Below are positions 1 through 10,700 of a DNA stretch of 64,000 bases, piece by piece. A program made the position numbers and the translations under genes. This DNA is from a virus. Under the pieces are notes generated by a model. The model saw nothing but the letters and a program-made list of their open reading frames with translations, was not told where the DNA came from and searched no databases. The first letter of the stretch is position 1. Every line of letters begins with the position of its first letter. The stretch is taken from IMG/VR virus record IMGVR_UViG_3300034102_002101, positions 56,667 through 120,666 of that record, one strand, 5' to 3'.

Positions 1-343
1 ACCGTTATTGGATGAACTATCAATATACGTCGATGAATTTTACTGGCTTCCACTTTATACGCAAGCTGGATTATTCGATAACTCTACCGTTGTTGGAAAT
101 GTAGGTAGACACGACAATCAACGAACTGGTATACCTTGCTGGTCAATATTTACTGGAGCACATATCACGCACGAGGGATTATTATCGGCGTGCTGTTTCG
201 ATCATAAGAATGAATTTATTATGGGGGATCTAAAAAGCGACACGTTCGCAAAATCGTGGAATTCTACTGATTTCATCGAATTAAGAAAAGCACATATTAG
301 TGGTGATATACACAATACACAATGTAGAAATTGTATATTGTGA
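1..343 (+). CDS. Radical SAM/SPASM protein, C-terminal part (5' end outside window)
   Basis: SPASM-type Cys pattern: PCW...GLLSACC...MGDL...SWNS..F..LR...CRNC. Confidence 0.75.
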   Translation, partial: PLLDELSIYVDEFYWLPLYTQAGLFDNSTVVGNVGRHDNQRTGIPCWSIFTGAHITHEGLLSACCFDHKNEFIMGDLKSDTFAKSWNSTDFIELRKAHISGDIHNTQCRNCIL

Positions 344-439
344 TATACCGATACTCAGTATACAGACCGAGAAATCGGGTTATTATGTAAGAATAACGTT
401 GATATAGTAGAGAAAAATAAAAATTATTAATTATTGTTG

Positions 440-467
440 TTGACAATAAGTAGTATTTTCATATTAT
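440..467 (+). promoter_or_regulatory. sigma70-like promoter
   Basis: TTGACA-N16-TATTAT upstream of ATG at 476. Confidence 0.55.
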
Positions 468-475
468 ATATTGAT

Positions 476-742
476 ATGAATGTACTACTTATTTTTTGCG
501 TAATCTTACTTCTATCAACATCGATAGTATTATATATATTATTGGAAAAGTCTCTAATCAGAGAAAAGAGGTGTATATCATGGATGATAACCACGGAAAA
601 TGATATATCAAATACATACGAGAAGCTAAAAGAGATTGATGATCGTCAAATATTTGAAAAAGATGATGAAATAGGATTCATGTTCACCGAATTAACAACA
701 ACCCTAGAAAAATTAAATGACAAAATTAAAAATATCAACTAA
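476..742 (+). CDS. Small membrane-anchored hypothetical protein
   Basis: N-terminal hydrophobic helix, then FEKDDEIG coiled segment. Confidence 0.6.
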   Translation: MNVLLIFCVILLLSTSIVLYILLEKSLIREKRCISWMITTENDISNTYEKLKEIDDRQIFEKDDEIGFMFTELTTTLEKLNDKIKNIN

Positions 743-1691
743 GAAGAAGGTAAAGAGTAAGAATGTAAAGGGTAAAAAGATTAAGAAGGTAATATCTAAG
801 TTACCGGCTCTAAAGTTATCTACCCCACCCAAAATTCCTTTTCAGGATATAGAATCCGATAACTACCAAACTACGAATGTTACGGATGATGAATTTAATA
901 AGATAAGAGACAACTCAAAAAAGAAATCGGATAAGCCTTGTATATATTGGACAAAGGATACCGAGAGTAGTATAAATGCATATAATGAATCTATATGCGA
1001 TAAGGAAAAAAACAGAATTTACGAAACCGAATTAAAATGGTCTTTAAATAAGTTAATAGAAAATATATTCAACACGTTCAAGTTCAGCTACTTTGAAACA
1101 AATCAATCGGACGCGAAGAGTGAGTGTTTGTCACATTTAATGGCGAATATATCTAAATTTAAATCAGAATTTGTCGGTAAGTCTTTTGGGTATTTTAGTA
1201 TTATGGCAAAAAACCATTTCATATTGATAAATAATGCGAACTACAAAAAGTGGAAAATTCATGATCAAATTGATCCAACACCAGAACATCCAAAAGAATT
1301 TGTTATTGACGATCACGTAAAGTACAAATTAAAAGAGAAGAATGAATTTATAATATTGATGGTCGAATATTGGGAAGATAATATAGAAAAAATGTTTTCC
1401 AAGCAGAGAGATTATGAGATAGCATCCGCGATAATTGAACTATTCAGACAAAGTGATAGAATAGACTTCTTCAATAAAAAGGCACTATATCTATATATTA
1501 GAGAAATTTCTGGTTGTAGAACTCAACAAATCACCAAAGTGATTAATAAAATGAAGAGTGCGCAGAAGTTGATAACAAAAGAATATCTTCGTAGCGGAAC
1601 CATACTAATGAAGAAGAAAAAGGTAGAAATACAGGTCGATGAAGAAGATGATTTCGAGAAAATTCTACAAGAACCGTTAAATCTAGTTTAA
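717..1691 (+). CDS. Putative phage late-transcription sigma-like factor
   Basis: YWTKDTESSINAYN...KLIENI...KFK....KSFGYFSIMAKN resembles sigma region 2 of gp55-like factors; C-terminal HTH-like segment (IREISGCRTQQITKVIN). Confidence 0.55.
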   Translation: MTKLKISTKKKVKSKNVKGKKIKKVISKLPALKLSTPPKIPFQDIESDNYQTTNVTDDEFNKIRDNSKKKSDKPCIYWTKDTESSINAYNESICDKEKNRIYETELKWSLNKLIENIFNTFKFSYFETNQSDAKSECLSHLMANISKFKSEFVGKSFGYFSIMAKNHFILINNANYKKWKIHDQIDPTPEHPKEFVIDDHVKYKLKEKNEFIILMVEYWEDNIEKMFSKQRDYEIASAIIELFRQSDRIDFFNKKALYLYIREISGCRTQQITKVINKMKSAQKLITKEYLRSGTILMKKKKVEIQVDEEDDFEKILQEPLNLV

Positions 1692-1707
1692 TTAGATATT
1701 TATACCC

Positions 1708-2124
1708 ATGCCATTTGAAGACATCGAATTATATAAAGGGAAGAAATTTTCAGACTTAGCGAAAGATATCGTAACTAATTCTGAAAATACTAAGGGTCAG
1801 ATAGATCTACTGATTAGTGATCTTAGACAATTAATAAAGGGGCCGAATGATGCTATAATGATCGTTCCTCTATTACGCGATTACATCGACATAGGGATAA
1901 AAAATGACGATGAATTAGTTAAGTTAGCAGCAATCGCACAGAGAATAATATCTAATCAACAAAAGGCGGAATCTATGGGTGGAGATGGTCTAGGTATAAC
2001 ACAAGAAGAACGCGATGAGTTAATGGCAGAAATAAACGGAATAAATAAAGAAAAGGACGTTCTTGACAAGAAAAAGACAAAAGTCTTAAATTTCGGATTA
2101 TCTGATAAAGAGGAGACTAAGTAA
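1708..2124 (+). CDS. Helical hypothetical protein
   Basis: 138-aa ORF preceded by the ATATTTATA motif. Confidence 0.6.
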   Translation: MPFEDIELYKGKKFSDLAKDIVTNSENTKGQIDLLISDLRQLIKGPNDAIMIVPLLRDYIDIGIKNDDELVKLAAIAQRIISNQQKAESMGGDGLGITQEERDELMAEINGINKEKDVLDKKKTKVLNFGLSDKEETK

Positions 2125-2125
2125 C

Positions 2126-3547
2126 ATGGCTTATTACGATAAATCAACAAAAAGATCGGAGTTACGTCAAAGACAAGAGTCTAGCTTAGTTTCTCGAAGT
2201 GAACTATTAAATAGAAAACCAGATCCCGATAAGTTCTTCGAGTATGAATCTGCTGTCGTAGTGGACATTATATTGGACGAAAATCATCCGATATTCAAAT
2301 TAAATAATGGTCCGAAAATAGATGTGAGTAATCATCCAGGAACTCCAATTAATAATGATATTGACTATTCTTATATAGGAAGGGCACTTGTGCGGATGAC
2401 AACTAGCGATTCTGGTAAAATAAAAGATACCTTATCATGGGCAATACCAATCAACGGTACTGGTGGAGAAGAATATCCATTGAAGAATGAAATAGTATAT
2501 GTCGTTAAGTATCTGGAACAATTATTCTATGGTAAGGTTAATATTAGAAATTTCATAAATCACAATGCCGACTTTCGATATGAAAAGAAATATGGGCTTA
2601 ATGATGGTGTGGAAAAAACAAAAGCCATAAGCTATACTAGAAATAAAAATTTAAAAGATACCAATAATGATTATAATGGTAGTCTCGGAGATTACTTCAA
2701 GTCGAATGATAATATACGAGCGATTAGGAGGTTCGAGGGTGATTCCGTGATTGAAAGCAGATTCGGACAAAGTATACGATTCTCGGCGTATGATAACAAT
2801 AGACTAAATGACGTTGGTAGCATAAACTACAAGAATTATATTGATGGTGGTGGAAATCCGATGATACTCATCAGAAATAGACAAGGAGACACTACAGTAA
2901 AACCAGATGTCAGTAAAAATGTAGGAGGGACGGTAGAAGAAGATATAAATAATGATGGGACTTCTGTACAAATAACTAGTGGATTAACTATATCCAAATG
3001 GAATAAGGATACGATAACGGTTCAACCGTTCCAATCTGGTTTAGGTATAAATAACAAACATTCTTCTGCGTTTTCTCCAGCTGGTTCAAGTGACTTCACA
3101 TACCCTATACTAGATGGCGATCAATTAATAACACAATCGGATAGAGTAATTATTTCGGCGAAGAAAAATGAGATGTTCCTGTGTTCGAAGAAAAGAATGT
3201 CACTATGTACCGACTCAGAATTTAACACGATGTCAGAAAAACAATCGGTGTTCATATCAAATACTTCACATCAGATACTTGCTCCGTTCATACATTTAGG
3301 AGATTATAACGTCAAGGAAGAACCAATCGTATTGGGTGCAACCACAGCGATATGGTTATCTGATCTAATAGATTGGTTAAAGGTTCATACTCACATATAT
3401 AAACATACGCACCCAAATAGCCCACAAGCATCACCGGATAAAACACAAATTACGCCGGAATTAGCCGGATTGATTGGTTTGCAGCAACGTATACCATCGC
3501 TTCTGTCAAATCGAGTATTTACTGTTGGTAGACAACCATTGAAATGA
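2126..3547 (+). CDS. Baseplate hub/spike protein (gp5-like)
   Basis: OB-fold-like N-terminus (YPLKNEIVYVV), EGDSVIESRFGQSIRF, beta-helix-like C-terminus with HTH.Y.HTH tip; lies before gp25/gp6-like genes. Confidence 0.65.
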   Translation: MAYYDKSTKRSELRQRQESSLVSRSELLNRKPDPDKFFEYESAVVVDIILDENHPIFKLNNGPKIDVSNHPGTPINNDIDYSYIGRALVRMTTSDSGKIKDTLSWAIPINGTGGEEYPLKNEIVYVVKYLEQLFYGKVNIRNFINHNADFRYEKKYGLNDGVEKTKAISYTRNKNLKDTNNDYNGSLGDYFKSNDNIRAIRRFEGDSVIESRFGQSIRFSAYDNNRLNDVGSINYKNYIDGGGNPMILIRNRQGDTTVKPDVSKNVGGTVEEDINNDGTSVQITSGLTISKWNKDTITVQPFQSGLGINNKHSSAFSPAGSSDFTYPILDGDQLITQSDRVIISAKKNEMFLCSKKRMSLCTDSEFNTMSEKQSVFISNTSHQILAPFIHLGDYNVKEEPIVLGATTAIWLSDLIDWLKVHTHIYKHTHPNSPQASPDKTQITPELAGLIGLQQRIPSLLSNRVFTVGRQPLK

Positions 3548-3593
3548 TTTAGATTGAAAAAAACCAAAAACAATAATATTTATAATAAATAAT

Positions 3594-4028
3594 ATGACTA
3601 CGAAAGAATTACGATCAATAATACAGGAAATAGTTGCTAAGGAAATAAAAGAACAATTTCCAGCACTTATTAGTGAGATATTAGGAAGCAAGAACGCGAA
3701 GTTACCATTACAACGCAGAGAATTCGCACCAATAGCGGAGCAGAAGAGATCAACAGTGACAATAAAAACAGGAAATCCAGCACTCGACAAGATACTATCA
3801 GAAACTACTGGTCTCCCTAGGGAAGCATCTTCTCCAAACGTATCCAGTGAATTTGGTTTGATTGGGGAAGGTACTGTTATTCCACAGACAGATATAAATG
3901 GGAATGAGGTCAATATAGATGCCCTACCAGAATCAATATCAAACATATTTAAGAAAGATTATTCGGCATTACTAAAAAAAGCAGATAGCATAGCAAAGAA
4001 GACACATCGTGGCAACTCCCCTCTATAA
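3594..4028 (+). CDS. Hypothetical virion-associated protein
   Basis: ORF within baseplate cluster; amphipathic N-terminal helix. Confidence 0.55.
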   Translation: MTTKELRSIIQEIVAKEIKEQFPALISEILGSKNAKLPLQRREFAPIAEQKRSTVTIKTGNPALDKILSETTGLPREASSPNVSSEFGLIGEGTVIPQTDINGNEVNIDALPESISNIFKKDYSALLKKADSIAKKTHRGNSPL

Positions 4029-4422
4029 AAAGTCACCTGTCGGTATATCATTTCCTATACAACGAGGAAATACTGGGTTTTTTGAACAAACGTTCGATTC
4101 TAACGAATCTTCTAAGACAAACATAAAACTATTGTTATCAACGTATATAGGAGAAAGAAGACTAAATCCATCTTACGGGACAAAGTTATGGACATATCTA
4201 TTCGAAAACATAGATGACACATCCGAAGAAATATTAAAAAACATAATAAGTGAGGATGTCAATAAATGGATACCAGATATTAAAATAATATCTGTTAGTG
4301 TAGCAAAAAAAGCAAACTCTGCTGATAATTATACATTTATAATAACCATGACATTTTATTCTTCACAATACGCAAAAGAGTTGCAGGTTTTAAGTGTGGA
4401 AAATAGTGTTAGTATCAAATAA
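4009..4422 (+). CDS. Baseplate wedge protein, gp25-like
   Basis: NIKLLLSTYIGERRLNPSYGT.L..YLFE motif. Confidence 0.85.
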   Translation: MATPLYKKSPVGISFPIQRGNTGFFEQTFDSNESSKTNIKLLLSTYIGERRLNPSYGTKLWTYLFENIDDTSEEILKNIISEDVNKWIPDIKIISVSVAKKANSADNYTFIITMTFYSSQYAKELQVLSVENSVSIK

Positions 4423-4427
4423 TAACC

Positions 4428-6278
4428 ATGTCAACCAATAAAACATTTACACAGAACAAGAAAAATATTTCTTATCTATCCAAGGATTTTAATCAATTAA
4501 AACAATCTCTGGTAGATTTTTCTAAGTATTACTACCCAAACACATATAAAGATTTTGGTGAAAGTTCTCCCGGTATGATGTTTATAGAATTGGCATCATA
4601 TGTCGGTGATGTTATGGCATTTTACGCAGATTCTCAGGTACAGGAAAGCATATTAACATTGGCGACCGAGAGAAAGAACATAATAAACGAAGCTAATTCT
4701 GCCGGATATAAAATAAAAAATACGTCTCCGTCACAAGTAGTATTGGATGTTTATCAAGTTATTCCGAGCACAGTAGATAGTAATGGTGATACTGTTCCTA
4801 ATTATAACTATGTACAAACAATAAAAGAAGGAATGTCAACGTCAACATCGGACGGTATTTCCTTTATAACTAGCGAAATCATAGATTTTAATGTGGATAC
4901 ATCAATTTCTCCTCGCGAATTATCGGTATTCCAAAGAGATCAAAATGGTATACCGCAAAATTACATATTAAAGAAAAGCGCGAAAGCTTTTTCCGCGAAT
5001 AGGAGAGCGATTGACGTTATCATCAATGCAGCGTCAAAATATTATACAATAAATTTAGAAGAATCTAACGTTATATGTGTAGAAAGTATGGTGGATAGTG
5101 ATGGGCAGAAATGGTATGAAGTTGATTGTTTGGCGCAAGAATTGGTACCAATCACCGTAAAAAATAGTTACACAAATAATCAAAATTTATACTTGGAAAA
5201 GTCAACAGTCCCATACATATTAAAATACATAAGGACATCGAACAGATTCATAACTAGGATAGATACCAACAATTTAACATCGATAGAGTTTGGTGCGGGG
5301 ACAGATGAGTTATACGATGAGGAGTTCTTGATGTCTCCAAATAATCTGGCACTTAGTAGCGCAAGAATTAATTCAGCAACAGATCCATCAAATGTACTAA
5401 ACACAAGAAGCTATGGAAGGGCACCAGCAAATACCACATTAACTGTTACGTATCTATATGGTGGTGGAGTAAATACAAATGTATCTGCAAATTCAATAAT
5501 AAACGTAAATTCTATCGAGTTTGATGGTGATGATAGGGATTTAACTGCCGACGAAATTAACACAATAAAAGCAGCGAGAGCGTCTATACGGGTAACTAAT
5601 CCGTCACCAGCTTCGGGTGGTGGTGACGCAGAAACGGATGAGGAGATTAGGAATAACGCAATATCGCATATCAATTCACAGAAGAGAGCAGTGACTGCCG
5701 AAGATTATGTACTACGTTGCTATTCATTACCAACCAAATATGGTTCAGTTGCCAAGGCTTTTTCAAGAAAATCAGAATTTGGTGTTAATTCTATAGACAT
5801 ATATGTGTTATCATACGACGAGAATAAAAAATTAACATCGATAAACTCATCCCTTAGTGAAAATCTAAAGACATATTTAGGTACATATAAGCTAATGACT
5901 GATTCCATATCTATTGTAGACGGTAATATTATCAACGTAGGAATAGATTTTAAAATATCCGTACAAACAGGTTACTTAAAAAAGGAAGTATTATCCAATT
6001 GCATAAAAGTTGTTCAAGGCTTCATGAATATAGATAATTGGCAATTCAATCAGCCAATAGACATAAGTAGAATACAGATGGAGATAGGTAATGTTGATGG
6101 TGTACAATCCGTTATGTTCGTAAAGGTAAAGAACTTAACCAAAGCCGATGGTAACTATTCATTAAACGTATACGATATCGCGTTCGCAACACAGGATAAT
6201 ATAGTATATCCATCTATCGACCCTTGTATATTCGAATTAAAATATCCAAGTAAAGACGTTCGTGGAGAATACTTATAA
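4428..6278 (+). CDS. Baseplate wedge protein, gp6/baseplate J-like
   Basis: KDF...K..L, PGMMFIELASYVGD, GGGDAETDEEIR...QKRAVTAEDY. Confidence 0.85.
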   Translation: MSTNKTFTQNKKNISYLSKDFNQLKQSLVDFSKYYYPNTYKDFGESSPGMMFIELASYVGDVMAFYADSQVQESILTLATERKNIINEANSAGYKIKNTSPSQVVLDVYQVIPSTVDSNGDTVPNYNYVQTIKEGMSTSTSDGISFITSEIIDFNVDTSISPRELSVFQRDQNGIPQNYILKKSAKAFSANRRAIDVIINAASKYYTINLEESNVICVESMVDSDGQKWYEVDCLAQELVPITVKNSYTNNQNLYLEKSTVPYILKYIRTSNRFITRIDTNNLTSIEFGAGTDELYDEEFLMSPNNLALSSARINSATDPSNVLNTRSYGRAPANTTLTVTYLYGGGVNTNVSANSIINVNSIEFDGDDRDLTADEINTIKAARASIRVTNPSPASGGGDAETDEEIRNNAISHINSQKRAVTAEDYVLRCYSLPTKYGSVAKAFSRKSEFGVNSIDIYVLSYDENKKLTSINSSLSENLKTYLGTYKLMTDSISIVDGNIINVGIDFKISVQTGYLKKEVLSNCIKVVQGFMNIDNWQFNQPIDISRIQMEIGNVDGVQSVMFVKVKNLTKADGNYSLNVYDIAFATQDNIVYPSIDPCIFELKYPSKDVRGEYL

Positions 6279-6280
6279 TT

Positions 6281-7378
6281 ATGCATACGTTTTTATACCC
6301 AACAGCTACTACATTTATAAACTCCCAGCCAAGTTTGATGGATCAAAACATGGGCAAGGATGAAATATTGGAAATAGAAAAGATAGTTACTGATGGTGCT
6401 GTTATTATAAGCGGGTCAATCACTAACTTTTCCGCTTCGGTCTATATATCCAGAACGCTACTAAAATTTGATACTTCTGATATATCTAGGAGTGTTTCTG
6501 TCGGTGATATTCCCTTCCCGACGATGCAATTAAAATTGTACTCCATCGAGTCTAAAAACATCCGCGATACTTACAAAATAGAATGCTTTCCGATAAGCGG
6601 GTCGTGGAGAAATGGTATCGGAAAAAAGTATGATGCTTATAATAGCAACTATGGAGTATCGTGGGTAAGCAGGGGAGATAATTCTCTCGGTGATTGGAGT
6701 AATGTTGGTGGAGACTTTTATAGTGGGTCACATTCCTCGGTAATTATAACACAAAAACAGGACATTTCAATCGATGTATCGAACTTGATTTCTGATTTTT
6801 TCTCTGGGTCTATTGTGGATGATGGATTTTTGTTAAAGCTATCGGACGAAACATCGTCGGTAGATTATGGAACAATAAGACATTTCTCCATGAATACCAA
6901 CACTATATATTCACCATTCCTTGATATTGGTTGGGATGATTCGGAATATAATATTGTAAGTTCTAGTGTATTAGATTCAAATAAACAAGAATATTTAGTT
7001 ATACCGAAAAATATAAAAAAAATATATAATGTTGATGAAATAGTTAGAATAAATTTAGCCGTTCGCCCGAAGTACGTTAATAAAACTTTCCAGAAATGGC
7101 CAAATCAAACATACCCTTATAACGATTATGTTGCTTCTTACGTGTTACCATCAAGTTCGTATTATGCTATAGTCGATGCCGTAACTAATGAACACATATT
7201 AAATTATGATCAATTTACAAAAGTTAGTTCAACAGATTCCGGCAGTTACTTCTTCGTTGATTTTAGTTGCTTCCCTAGAGAGAGATATTATAAAATTCAT
7301 ATAAAGGTTATAGAAGAAAACCAAACGGTCAATATTTATGATACGGGTATTCCTTTCAGGATAACCGGTACATCATAA
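6281..7378 (+). CDS. Virion structural protein, DNRLRE-like beta domain
   Basis: N.G.DEILEI, SRTLLKFD, W..G.G, GGDF, GFLLK, P.L.I.WDD. Confidence 0.6.
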   Translation: MHTFLYPTATTFINSQPSLMDQNMGKDEILEIEKIVTDGAVIISGSITNFSASVYISRTLLKFDTSDISRSVSVGDIPFPTMQLKLYSIESKNIRDTYKIECFPISGSWRNGIGKKYDAYNSNYGVSWVSRGDNSLGDWSNVGGDFYSGSHSSVIITQKQDISIDVSNLISDFFSGSIVDDGFLLKLSDETSSVDYGTIRHFSMNTNTIYSPFLDIGWDDSEYNIVSSSVLDSNKQEYLVIPKNIKKIYNVDEIVRINLAVRPKYVNKTFQKWPNQTYPYNDYVASYVLPSSSYYAIVDAVTNEHILNYDQFTKVSSTDSGSYFFVDFSCFPRERYYKIHIKVIEENQTVNIYDTGIPFRITGTS

Positions 7379-7379
7379 A

Positions 7380-7796
7380 ATGAAAATAACATATAGTAAC
7401 CCAAATCTATCAGAGCATAGTGTAAAGAATATAGAATCGTCATATGTCTTTGATAGTAATTCGAACTTAAAGCTATTCGTTAATTCGTCTTCTGTTGGTA
7501 ACAACATAGCTATGGATTTTATTGGTTATAACCCAAACCAATCGGTAATATCTGAATTTTATGATGTTGAATTTACCGAATTAAAACCTGTTAATGTGTT
7601 AGTTGTTACTCCATCTACTTCGATACCGACCGAAACATCAACACAAGTAAGTTCAACGATAATCATCGATAATCCATCGACTATATCCGATAGTATGATG
7701 ACAAGAGATGTGATAGTGAAATTAAGAATTGGTCTAGGTGAAGGGCGTAATTCGGATGATTTTTCGACTACCTTCCCATATGGAAAGATAACATAA
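7380..7796 (+). CDS. Hypothetical structural protein
   Basis: Tightly coupled ORF in the tail/baseplate operon. Confidence 0.55.
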   Translation: MKITYSNPNLSEHSVKNIESSYVFDSNSNLKLFVNSSSVGNNIAMDFIGYNPNQSVISEFYDVEFTELKPVNVLVVTPSTSIPTETSTQVSSTIIIDNPSTISDSMMTRDVIVKLRIGLGEGRNSDDFSTTFPYGKIT

Positions 7797-7797
7797 A

Positions 7798-10700
7798 ATG
7801 CAAACATACATCACTTCACAATCGGCAGCGATAAACTACTCGACGTTTATAACCCAAGAGGATATAAATAAATTATCACTGTCCACCATTTCACCAATGT
7901 ACAGCGATTTTGGTGAATTTGCGGATGATGTCATTGAGTTTTCTATATACAATAACTACGGGGAGTTAGTTTCGTGGGAGACGATATATCCGGAAGTTAG
8001 TAGTACAAAGTATACTGGTTTCTATATCGATCAGAACAATATAAAGAACACTTTTGATGCGTACAACACATACACAAATTATTCAATAGTAACTACTAAC
8101 GGAATAAGAAGAATAGTATTTCCTGTCCTTTCTGATATACAGAAATTAGGATTATCTACCGGTGAGTATAATATCCAATACTTCCCCGCAAAAAACGTCA
8201 TAGGCAACAACGAAAATGGAATAAAGGTGTCCGAGATATCGTCATCCGGCACAGAAATATCTGTTATCTGTAATGATGTAAACCTATCTCAGTCGTTTAC
8301 TTCTTTCTGTAAGAACCTGATACCGGCTTCTGAGTGGACAAGTTATTTGATTGATGGAATGGATTCGGTTAACATATATTCTAAGTTCATAACAGAAAAG
8401 GACAGTATCGGTCTAGACTTCAACGCAATAAAGTTCTTTTTCAATTTCAAGACAGATAATGAGGTACTGTTCTTCGTCTATGATATATTTAATGGTGTAT
8501 ATTCGGGAAAAAAGAAGTCTAATGGTGATGTATCTAGGACAGACATAGCATCAATAAAAACGCAAGTAGAAAATTATTGTTACTCCCTATACAATACTCC
8601 GTCCAGCTTAGATTCTGTTTTTTTGACCTCTCTAGACATTATAAAAAATATTATAGAAATAGAACTAAAAAAGATATCGAGCAGCGCAACGAACGAAAAA
8701 ACGGTATCGTTTTTCTACAATATATTTACCTCTGTGCTATTAGAGGTGTTCGGTGAAATAAAGAAAAAGGTAATATCTAAATTGTTTTCTCCGATGAAAA
8801 CATGTATAAACTTAGGCAATGGAAAAATATTTCCAGTATTAAATAGATACTATGTAGTGTTGGATGATGGTAGTCTCAAGTTATATTTGAAATTGAAGGA
8901 TAGCATATCTAACATAATTTCGTCGGGTGATATAGTATACGTTACAAATTTTAATACATTAACCGGAATATACCAAAATATTTCTTTAATCAATAAAAAT
9001 TTAATAAATTTTAATTATTTAGGTGGTCCAAACTTCAATGATAGAATCAAGCACGTACAGACCGGAAATTCCGGTAGATCGTATAATTCAGATGAATTAA
9101 ATAGTTCCATATCATCAGTAACAACGATAAATGCGAGCGATAAGATCAACGTCGATTACAGATACTTCGAGAATTTCATAAAGTTCTCATCGGTATCATC
9201 CAGATTGGAAGTATATACAGGTAAAATAAACTTGGTGGAGAATATCGACTCCAGTATAGAGCTACTAAGTAATGTAGAAAATTCAGAAACCGATATTTCG
9301 TTACTTACGGAGAATAAGAATGAGATAATAAAATCGTTTGATGGATATGAAAACTTTCTATACACTAATCCATATTGGTTCGGTGTACATACTACACAAT
9401 ACGGCACGTATTCCATAAGTGGGGATGCACCAGAAACGTCTGGAAGTTTATATGATAGGGATAATACCGAATCGTTATTCAACAATACTCCGGAAACAAT
9501 AAGAGAATCTACTGAGAGTTCCGACTATGTTAAATTTGTTAACATGGTCGGTCACATGTTTGACAATATCTGGATTTATATCGATAATTTTCCACGAACA
9601 AAAACTATAAAAAATAACCCATCTGGTTCCCTGTCTCCATCTATAATAGGTGACATCATAGAATCGTATGGGTGGGAGTGTAATAATGGGAATCATAACC
9701 TAGAACTCCTACAGGGTCTATATAATAATAGTAATGGGAATTCGAACCAAACTCTTTCCGGTAATGAAAGAACTAATGAGATATGGTCAAGAATAATAAA
9801 TACACTACCAGAAATATTAAAAACCAAAGGAACATTAAAATGTGTCGAGTTAATATTGGCTTGCTACGGTATTCCCAAAAACATAATAAAAATAAAAGAA
9901 ACATCAACATCGAATAGTGACGGTGAACTATATCATAATGATATAATAAAATATTCTCCTAAGTTCACAAAGTATAACGAATACGTTGAGTGTGCATGGT
10001 TAAATGGTTGTAGATCATTAGAATTAACAATAAAATATCAGTCGTCCGATTACACAAAAAATTCAACTAATAGATTAGTTCAGTGTGGGGATAAATGGTC
10101 AATAGGGACGATAAAAGGAAGCAAAGATAATGGAAATGTATTTTTTACCATAAGGGATGTATCCGGTTCTGTTAATTCACTAATCGTCCAAAATGTACCT
10201 ATTTTTAGTGGAGATAATTATGATGTACTATTAAGAAAATATGACACTGAATTAATAACCGTACCTACTCGATTTGAACTTACGGTGTTAAAAATGGAAA
10301 ATGGTTCACCATCTTTTGTAGCCTCAGAAGATATATACCTAAGTGGTAGTTTCTTAGACACATTTAATTCCGGTTCAGAGTTAATCAGATTTGGTAATTA
10401 TAATGCCGACCAAAACAACTACTTCATCGGTAATATCGACGAGATAAAAATATGGAATAGCTTTATCGCCGATGTTGAGTTTATAGATCATTCTACGATG
10501 TATGACAACTTTTCTACAGATGATCTATCCAAGGCTCGGGATAATTTAATATGTAGAATGGCATTTGACACACCAGTTGATTTATATAATCCAACCGGTT
10601 CGTTCTATCTACACGCGAATAACGGATTACAAAATAATGGTGTAGAATATATCAAGATGTATAACTTTAGAGAAGCAGATATTTCTACTAAAGTTGTTAA